A stretch of 32,000 bases of DNA from Candidatus Saccharimonadota bacterium (GTDB lineage: Bacteria; Patescibacteriota; Saccharimonadia; Saccharimonadales; Saccharimonadaceae). A program made the translations under genes and the position numbers. Below the pieces are notes generated by a model, which was not told the DNA's origin, did not search any database, and was given only the letters and a program-made list of their open reading frames with translations. The stretch covers positions 990,001-1,022,000 of the forward strand of contig NZ_CP045921.1 of the NCBI RefSeq assembly GCF_025273655.1, written 5' to 3'. Shown piece by piece: positions 7,659 to 17,936 of the stretch (position 1 is the first letter of the stretch; every line of letters begins with the position of its first letter).

Positions 7659-9260
7659 CTAGTACTGTGGAGCTGCCAAGTAATTGATCTTGGTAGTGTA
7701 GACACCGGCTGGGGTATCCGCACCAATGTTACCTACGTAGCGCATCTTTGCAGTTGCACATGAGATAACTCGTTCATTTTCTTGAGCAATTGGCTCTGGG
7801 ACTGTGATGCTAGTAGGGAGGAACTTGAATTGTGCTGTTCCTGCACCACCGCTACCGTTGTCTAGTGTACCGCGTGCATCTGCATAGTCTGCGCTAACTG
7901 GCTGAGCAGCTAGTGTATCAAATGGTGCTGAGCTCGTTTGTCCAGTTAGTGTAATAAATGGATAGCTAGTTGGGCTCTTGTAGCGTGTTGGTTCATTTGT
8001 CATCGCGTCAGCATAGCTACTAGAGAGTGTGTCACCACTATCTGCTCCAGCATTTGTCGTGACGGCTGGTACAAATCCAAGTCCAAACTGTTCAGTACCT
8101 GGTTTGCTCGTACCCTTAGTCGTCATAGGCGCAATTTTGTCACCGACGGTGTTGGCAAGCGTGTTACCTGAGTAGTAGACTGTTGCGCCACCAGATGAGT
8201 TGGAGCTGAGGCGCCAGTATGAGCTAACATCCCAACCTCTACCTGTCTCAAGTGAGTTCTCTGCCGCCGGATTACCGAGGTTGAGGCGGTTGTTGTTGAG
8301 CTGAGTGATCGAATCACAGGTACCGTGGTCGTTCCATTGTGCCTTCACTACGGTGTCAGGATTCTGCGTACCTACTGAGAAAGCCATGGTTTCCAGGACC
8401 TTGGTAGTGATGTGGATCGAGTCAGTCATCACGTTCGCCACAGTCACACCACCATCGACAAGCGTGGAGTCGTCTTGAGTAGTATCGTCGTTATACGTGT
8501 TGATCTTGACGAAGAATGATCCGGCACCAGGGTTGGTGATGTAGTGACTCTCCGAAGCAGTAAACTGAATTTTCACACTAGCGTTTTGCGCAATCGACTG
8601 TCCAGTGGCGCTCGTAAGTGTAATAAAGTTGCTTTTGCCAGAGAGTCGTGAAGTCGCAGAGTTACCGTTGTTAAATGCAGTATCTTCCTTGTTTACAGCT
8701 GTCATGGTCCAGTCAGCTGCAGTAGTCTTCACACCGTTGATGCTGACCTGGAACTCACCTGCTCCCGGTGGCAGTCCTGTCGATTGAGTGAAGACATTTG
8801 CACCGTTCGTGATATCGAGGTCGCTTCGGTTATTTGGTTTTGCAGCTGCATTGGTTTCGCGATCAGTCGTCCGCTGATCACCAGTGTTGTTACCTGGTGA
8901 CTGGCAATAGCCTGCCGCCGTGGTGCAGTACTGGAATGTGAAGCCCTTGATAGTGGCCGTCGAGCTAGTTTTGAACGTAAATGTCTCGCCAGTCTTCATA
9001 CCATTTGGACCTGAACCAGCTGGTGCATATGTAGCTGGCACATTGCCGCCGGCTGCAGGGTTAGGCGCTGCTGTCGAATAGCCTGAGCCGTCAGTATCTA
9101 CGAAACCAGGGGCCGAGCTACTGAGCAACAGCGACCTGTCCGTCAGCGGGTTCAATGCGTCCGCGAAGGCAGGTACTGCCGGTACCAGCGCTGCCGCAAA
9201 AACGGCCGTAGCTGCACCAAGCATCGTCCCACGTCGAACGATCGACTTGAGTGTATACAT
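7659..9260 (-). CDS. Secreted beta-rich surface/fibre-family protein, paralogue 3 (largest, 533 aa)
   Basis: The ATG at 9260 is preceded by AAGGAG and an 8-nt spacer. The signal peptide ends ...ALVPAVPAFA|DALNPLTDRSLLLSSS. It has a Cys loop (FQYCTTAAGYCQSP) and the core motif TEQFGLGF. The C-terminus is TPAGVYTTKINYLAAPQY. The upstream 36 codons of the track ORF lack an SD and a signal peptide. Confidence 0.85.
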   Translation of the reverse strand: MYTLKSIVRRGTMLGAATAVFAAALVPAVPAFADALNPLTDRSLLLSSSAPGFVDTDGSGYSTAAPNPAAGGNVPATYAPAGSGPNGMKTGETFTFKTSSTATIKGFTFQYCTTAAGYCQSPGNNTGDQRTTDRETNAAAKPNNRSDLDITNGANVFTQSTGLPPGAGEFQVSINGVKTTAADWTMTAVNKEDTAFNNGNSATSRLSGKSNFITLTSATGQSIAQNASVKIQFTASESHYITNPGAGSFFVKINTYNDDTTQDDSTLVDGGVTVANVMTDSIHITTKVLETMAFSVGTQNPDTVVKAQWNDHGTCDSITQLNNNRLNLGNPAAENSLETGRGWDVSSYWRLSSNSSGGATVYYSGNTLANTVGDKIAPMTTKGTSKPGTEQFGLGFVPAVTTNAGADSGDTLSSSYADAMTNEPTRYKSPTSYPFITLTGQTSSAPFDTLAAQPVSADYADARGTLDNGSGGAGTAQFKFLPTSITVPEPIAQENERVISCATAKMRYVGNIGADTPAGVYTTKINYLAAPQY

Positions 9261-9415
9261 GTGTATATCTCCTTGTGTTTGTTTTATATTGTGGTGGTCC
9301 CTTTTAAGGGGGTACACGCGCATTTTACCATTAGCGTAAAGGTTTGCGCAAGTAGTTTTGTACAACATTTTTGCGGATTGCTATCTCTGAATGTGCACAA
9401 CCTGTGCATAAGTGA

Positions 9416-10186
9416 CTAGAATACCGGTATGACGACGGCCGAGAAATCGCTAGTGTAGTGGCCCGCCGGAGTACTATTGGAGACATTGATGATCATACTG
9501 ATGGTGTAGTCGGTCTGGCCTGACTCTTTGTCGCTGCGCGCCACTACGTCACCACTGTTGAACTTGAATAGGTTTGGCGTCCGGTAGGCTGGCTCTACTG
9601 TACCGAAGCTAGTCTGGTCTGACGGCACTTGTACAGGACTAGCGCCGATGTTGGGCGTGGTATTGGCGGCGAGATTGATACCGAACTGCTCTTTACCCGG
9701 CGTAGATGCGGTAGGTACTGCAGGAGATTTCATAGTGTAGTTACCAATCTTGGGCGGTGAACCAATGATCTGCAGCATGTAGCCGTTGCTGAGGTAGCTA
9801 CGAACTTTGACGGTACTGGTAGTGGTAGCCGTCTGATTGGTCTCTAGATACCCCAAGTGCGATTCGCCCGCTGCGACGATCACCTGGAGTGTAGGTTCGT
9901 CTGGTGTGACAGTACCAAAACTGGCGGTACTGGTCGGAGCCTTACTAACACCTGCTGCGGGATCACCTATAGTCGCACGGGCACAAATGTCGCCTGCACA
10001 GCTTTCTTCGGCCGTACTACTACCGAACTGGCTCTCTGTCATCTGGTAATTTGGTGAGGTGGATGTGACGGCCTGCACTGCCGGGGCGCCACCAACGGCA
10101 ACTACTCCTACGAGCAGCACAAGCAGTACACGATCCCAAAGTGTCTGTCTTTGCATAAGCGTTACAGTAGCCATTATCCCCCACAT
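9416..10186 (-). CDS. Secreted beta-rich surface/fibre-family protein, paralogue 4 (smallest; start uncertain)
   Basis: The signal peptide ends ...LLVLLVGVVAVGGAPAVQA|VTSTSPNYQMTESQFG. It has a Cys loop (EESCAGDICARA) and the core motif KEQFGINLAANTTPNIG, then LFKFNSGDVVA. The C-terminus is TPAGHYTSDFSAVVIPVF. Possible starts are TTG 10201 and ATG 10186, 10174 or 10156. None has a convincing SD. Confidence 0.7.
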   Translation of the reverse strand: MWGIMATVTLMQRQTLWDRVLLVLLVGVVAVGGAPAVQAVTSTSPNYQMTESQFGSSTAEESCAGDICARATIGDPAAGVSKAPTSTASFGTVTPDEPTLQVIVAAGESHLGYLETNQTATTTSTVKVRSYLSNGYMLQIIGSPPKIGNYTMKSPAVPTASTPGKEQFGINLAANTTPNIGASPVQVPSDQTSFGTVEPAYRTPNLFKFNSGDVVARSDKESGQTDYTISMIINVSNSTPAGHYTSDFSAVVIPVF

Positions 10187-10258
10187 ACGCCGAAAACTCA
10201 ACTGGCGCGACTAGGGTAAGTATGGTAGGCTAGACATAAGCAATTAACACCATACGCG

Positions 10259-11290
10259 ATGGAACCAGACAAAAACACCACTCCAGATACCGAGGGCAAC
10301 AAACCCAACAGCGACCAGCAGGCGCCAGCCGATGCATTGAGCCGCACACCCGAAGACCTAGAGCAAGAGGCGGCCACACAGAAGGCTGCCAGCGGCGTAG
10401 CAGACGAGCCAGCCGAGAAACCAGTCTCACCGCTCAAGCGGTTTATGCGACGTGTGAACGTCTATCTGCTGCTTTTCCTGCTGCTTGTAGTGGTGAGTGG
10501 TGTCGTGATCGCAGTGAATTACCTGAACAGCCAGAAGACATCGAATGTGACACCGGCCAGCACAGAACCAAACATCGCTAGCCAGAAGCTAACAGAAGAC
10601 GCGCTGAAGCAACTAGCCAATACTGACACCTCGGTAGGTAGCGCTTCGCAGACGCTTACGATTCAGGGCAATGCCATCATCGAGGGTCAGACGCTGATGC
10701 GCGGCAATCTGAATGTGGCGGGTAACTTCCAGAGCGGGGGACGTATCCAAGGTCCTAGCTTGACTATCTCCGGTGAGTCAAATCTGGGTACTGCGCAGAT
10801 CAATAGCTTGCAAGTAGCACAAAACGTCGCCATCCAGGGAGCCACGACCGTGCGTGACTTGAGTGTAGCGGGCGGCGCCACCTTCGCTGGAGCGGTGACG
10901 GCGTCACAAATTACTGTATCCAAACTAGTACTTAGTGGTAATTCATCGATCGAAATCCCTAATCACCTGGCTTTTACCGGACCAAATCCTGGCCGCGCAC
11001 CAAATGCTGGCGTACTCGGTGCAGGCGGCTCTGCTTCTGTCAGCGGTTCTGACTCGGCGGGTACAGTGAATATCAATACTGGTAACGGCCCAAGTGTGGG
11101 TTGCTTCGTGCGGGTTAATTTCAATCAGGCGTATGCTACATCGCCGCGCGTCATCATTAGCCCTATCGGCGCCGGGGCGGGCCTGAGCACCTACTACGTC
11201 GACCGAAACAATAGCGGCTTCAGTATCTGCGCAGCGAGCACACCACCGGCAAATTCGGCATTTGCATTTGACTACTTCGTGACAGGATAG
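10259..11290 (+). CDS. Type II membrane-anchored protein with extracellular beta-helix-like repeats and a possible H-type-lectin-like C-terminal domain
   Basis: The N-terminus (about 60 aa) is acidic and Pro-rich. A single TM (VNVYLLLFLLLVVVSGVVIAVNYL) follows. Next come short repeats of the G-x-hydrophobic type (IQGNAIIEGQTLMRGNLNVAGNFQSGGRIQGPSLTISG...). The C-terminus FVRVNFNQAYATSPRVIISP...NSGFSICAAS resembles the H-type lectin pattern. The domain calls are tentative. Confidence 0.75.
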   Translation: MEPDKNTTPDTEGNKPNSDQQAPADALSRTPEDLEQEAATQKAASGVADEPAEKPVSPLKRFMRRVNVYLLLFLLLVVVSGVVIAVNYLNSQKTSNVTPASTEPNIASQKLTEDALKQLANTDTSVGSASQTLTIQGNAIIEGQTLMRGNLNVAGNFQSGGRIQGPSLTISGESNLGTAQINSLQVAQNVAIQGATTVRDLSVAGGATFAGAVTASQITVSKLVLSGNSSIEIPNHLAFTGPNPGRAPNAGVLGAGGSASVSGSDSAGTVNINTGNGPSVGCFVRVNFNQAYATSPRVIISPIGAGAGLSTYYVDRNNSGFSICAASTPPANSAFAFDYFVTG

Positions 11291-11299
11291 GTAGCTTAG

Positions 11300-11610
11300 C
11301 TACACATCCATAAACACGACGATACGATTTGCCTTCACGTGCATGAGGGCGCGGTGGATTTTGATAATCTTTTCGCCGTCGGGCGACTCAATTTTGAGAT
11401 TGCAAGGGACAAGCATACAGAGAAAGTTATGATGCTTGGGCAAGATATCGAACGGGCCGGTCGCATTGACGGCGCTGACACTATACGCCTCTCCCTCGAA
11501 ATAGACTTTGAACGGTGCGTAAACTTTGCAGGCAACAGTAGGCTTACCACCATGAGTCTGCGCCTGCTCTGCCGGTGCTTCTGTCTCCGGAGGAGCGACA
11601 TCTTCGGCCA

Positions 11611-11611
<1 letters not shown>
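11300..11611 (-). CDS. atpC: F-type ATP synthase epsilon subunit, beta-sandwich domain only
   Basis: VYAPFKVYFEGEAYSVSAVNATGPFDILPKHHNFLCMLVPCNLKI...HRALMHVKANRIVVFMDV matches the epsilon N-terminal domain (G.fgILp.H motif). The gene lies last in the atp cluster. Its GTG start overlaps the atpD stop (TAGTG). There is no C-terminal helical hairpin. Confidence 0.8.
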
Positions 11612-13924
<2,313 letters not shown>

Positions 13925-13928
<4 letters not shown>

Positions 13929-15490
13929 GACTTCTTCTCCTCGGCTGACTTCTGCTCTGCAGCTTTTTCTGCCTTGTCGGCGGCTTCGGCCTCTTCGGTC
14001 TGACGTTGTTTCTCTGCCTCGGCTTTGGCGGCTTTCTCGATTGCCGCTTTCTTCGCTTCGTCGATCGTCATCACTTCGGCCTTGAGCTGTGCGGCCAGCT
14101 CGTCAAAATTACCATTCATGTCCTTGTCTTCGGAGAACTTGGCTGCATACTCATGGACACGCTCTTTGAGTTTGTCGACGTTGATAATCTCCTCTGGTGC
14201 GCTCTCGAGCACAATACTCATGATGAACTGCTGCTCAGCAAAACTATACGTCTCACCAATTGCTTGGTTCATAAGTTTGAATAGCACCTTACCTTTGTCG
14301 TAATCGGCCTGCGCCTGCGGGCTCAGCTCGGTACCAAAGTGGGCGTATTCTTCGGCAGTACGATAGCCAGCGAGCGTGAGATTGAGCTTGTCGGCTAGGC
14401 CTTTTTGGCGCTTGTTTTGGCCAACGCCACCCACACGCGTCACCGATAGTGCAGTCGACACAGCTGGTCGCATAGTATCTTTGAATATCTTGCCATCCAA
14501 AATCCATTGACCGTCCGTGATAGACATGATGTTGGTCGGCAAATACGCCGTGATATCACCGCCCGGCGCGTACACGATCGGGATGAGTGTTTGTGAGGCG
14601 TGATTTGATTCCGTCTTGCCGCCGCGTTCCAGCAAACTCGAGTGCGTGTAGAACATATCGCCCGGATACGAGTCGCGCCCTGGGCTCACGCCGGCGATCA
14701 GCGAGATTTCACGGTAGGCCTGCGCGTGAGCTGTAAGATCGTCGTAAATCATGAGAGTATCCATATTGCACTGATGCCAGAAATACTCACCATGTGCTGC
14801 ACCAACATACGGCACTAGGTAGGTAAGGATAAGTGATTCAAAGGAGTTGGTGACGATCACAATCGCCTTTTTGAGGGCGTCGTTTTTTTCGAGATTATTC
14901 ACGAGTTCAGCCACGTCGCGCTGACGTTTGGCGATAAGCACATAGACGACAGTGATGTCAGTGTTTTTCTGGTTGATCGCCACCGACGCCGCCAGAGCAG
15001 TCTTGCCCACTTTGCTGTCGCCGAGCATAGCCATACGCTGACCACGCGCCAACGAGTATTCTAAGTCGAGAATAGTGATGCCCGTTTCTACCGGAGTATC
15101 GAGTAGCTCTCGCTCGTAGAGCGCTGGCGCTTTATGAAACACATCCCATTCCTGGTCGGCCTCGATCGGACCCTTGCCGTCGATCGGCTCACCAAACACA
15201 TTGATGACACGACCGATGAAGTTTTTGCCCACTGGTGTCATGATATCGCGCTTTTCGATGACACAGACATTGCCGACATGCAGCGGCGATGGATCGAGCT
15301 TCATAACCATGACATGGTCTTCGAATACCTGGTGCACATAACCGCGCGTGTCGTCTTCAAAGCGTACAGTAGCATGCACGTTGGTCGGCTGCAGGCCGCG
15401 CACACTCACCATGAACGAATCGATACCGATAATTTCACCGACAGGATTGCCAGATGCCACCAGTTTTTCGAAAAACTTAGCGCCCTGCAC
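13925..15490 (-). CDS. atpA: F-type ATP synthase alpha subunit (divergent)
   Basis: The Walker A loop is GDSKVGKT. The alpha signature is YDDLTAHAQAYREISLIAGVSPGRDSYPGDMFYTHSSLLER, and ITDGQWILDG...RPAVSTALSVTRVGG is also present. The GTG start overlaps atpH by 14 nt. The C-terminal tail is Lys/Glu/Ala-rich. Confidence 0.93.
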
Positions 15491-15998
15491 GGTACGTCTC
15501 CAGCTCCTTTACAAGTACATCATGGCTGCCCGCCAGCGCTCCACGCAGACTCATGTCGAGCACTTTGTTTGGTGTACGCAAATACACACCCGCGACGAGT
15601 GCTGGCTGCAGTCCAGCAGAAATAACTGCCTGCGGATGAACCGAGGTGCGTAACCACGCAGCCAACTGACTCAAGCTATCACGATCCGCTTCGACAGCGA
15701 AAGTCATATGCATCACAGGCGCCCCATCTTTGAGTAGCTGCAGCTCCTTGATCAGCGTCGCACGCTCCTGGCTGTTCTGGGTAATACTCATGCCGTTGAG
15801 TTTGAGAAAATCTGTCAATTGTTCACTTACTACGAGATCTGGTTGCGCCACGACCCCAGCTTTTGCGCGCACAGCTGTAGCCGTAAGCTCGGCATCAATC
15901 CGCTCGACTTCACTCACAAGCCGCGATACATCAAGTTTGCTCACCACACTCGGTGGCAACACAAATGTCTGGTGATTTCTCGCTACCGCTTCCGTCAT
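15477..15998 (-). CDS. atpH: F-type ATP synthase delta (OSCP) subunit
   Basis: The 173-aa protein lies immediately upstream of atpA. Its C-terminal block QPALVAGVYLRTPNKVLDMSLRGAL matches the OSCP pattern (..liGG..v..gd.v.D.S.r..L). The ATGA junction overlaps the upstream gene. Confidence 0.75.
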   Translation of the reverse strand: MTEAVARNHQTFVLPPSVVSKLDVSRLVSEVERIDAELTATAVRAKAGVVAQPDLVVSEQLTDFLKLNGMSITQNSQERATLIKELQLLKDGAPVMHMTFAVEADRDSLSQLAAWLRTSVHPQAVISAGLQPALVAGVYLRTPNKVLDMSLRGALAGSHDVLVKELETYRAGR

Positions 15999-16807
15999 AG
16001 CTTCATGTCATCCACGATTACCTGCTTGTTCGACTCCATCTGTTTGATAATCGATGGCAGCTGCGCCTTGAGATCGTACTGATCACCAAGTGCACCGAGT
16101 AGATAGTGCTCAATAATCTGCGCCATGTTATGCTCAAATCCGTCTACCAGCATGTCTTGCTGCTTGGCGACGCTCTGCTGGAACGTTGCCGCCAGTTGCG
16201 TCTGCTGTTCTTGCAACGTCGCAAGACTCTTGTTCAACCATTCAAGCGTACTGTCCTGCGACTGCTTGAGCGCCTGCATCTGTGCCTTGCTGGCCTCGAA
16301 CTGCTCGGCGAGCTCGGCGTCCTGGCGCGCCACCGTCTTTTGCAGCGCATTGCCAAGGTTACGATGTTGTTCGGCCAGTTGCTCGGACGACTGGTTCATC
16401 GACTTCGTGGCTTCGGCTTGCGTTGCCTGGACAGCGTTTCGACTTTGCTCGAATTGCTCTTCGAGCGTCGCACTGAACGATTCGTGCTGTTTCTGGAGTG
16501 ACTCGACACTAGCATTGATCGACTCGAGTGCCGCAGCCTGCGCCACGCGGATAGACTTGGCATTGTCGGCAATTTGCTCGTCGATGCGCTTAGTGAGATA
16601 CGCCCGCAAATCCGCACTAATCTGCGACATACTCGCGTCCATGTCTTCTTGAAACTTAGCCGTCTGCTGCTGGATCAGTGCATCAAATTGGGCGCGACCT
16701 CGTTCGTTGAGCTCCTGGAAATAGCCGTCAAAATAGTGCCCGACACTTGTCGTCACTTCGTCGTCAGGGAGCTGCGAGCTCGGCTGCTTGTTCTGGAATA
16801 ATCCCAC
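15995..16807 (-). CDS. Gln/Glu/Ala-rich coiled-coil protein in the position of ATP synthase subunit b, with no TM helix
   Basis: The 270-aa protein is almost entirely heptad-like and helical (QQQTAKFQEDMDASMSQISADLRAYL...LATLQEQQTQLAATFQQSVAKQQ). No hydrophobic N-terminal segment is present. The GTG start is preceded by AAGGGTGGA. It is translationally coupled (ATGA) to atpH. Confidence 0.7.
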   Translation of the reverse strand: MGLFQNKQPSSQLPDDEVTTSVGHYFDGYFQELNERGRAQFDALIQQQTAKFQEDMDASMSQISADLRAYLTKRIDEQIADNAKSIRVAQAAALESINASVESLQKQHESFSATLEEQFEQSRNAVQATQAEATKSMNQSSEQLAEQHRNLGNALQKTVARQDAELAEQFEASKAQMQALKQSQDSTLEWLNKSLATLQEQQTQLAATFQQSVAKQQDMLVDGFEHNMAQIIEHYLLGALGDQYDLKAQLPSIIKQMESNKQVIVDDMKL

Positions 16808-16837
16808 GCGCGTCTAGTCCACCCTTTTTGGTTATGC

Positions 16838-17839
<1,002 letters not shown>

Positions 17840-17936
17840 CTACAATTACAGCAGCTTTTTGTGGCACCACACACGTATGAGCGAAAGAAACATTTTTATA
17901 TCAAAAAAACAGATATAGAAAGCCAAAATCAAATAG

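Noticed and set aside
7550-7726. The ORF 6470..7726 has a 59-codon N-terminal extension.
   Set aside because: The extension overlaps the 3' end of gene 7659..9260 and contains that gene's terminator hairpin (7586-7616). The signal peptide only begins near residue 82.
9261-9368. The ORF 7659..9368 has a 36-codon N-terminal extension.
   Set aside because: A strong AAGGAG SD precedes the internal ATG at 9260, and the signal peptide starts there. The extension covers the probable promoter (TTGCGC-N18-TGgTAAAAT).
16106-16652. Plus-strand ORFs of 131, 175 and 64 aa lie antisense to the coiled-coil gene.
   Set aside because: Their Leu/Cys/Ser/Arg-rich sequences are the mirror image of the GAA/CAG/GCN-rich sense codons. 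They have no start context. The sense gene is translationally coupled to atpH.
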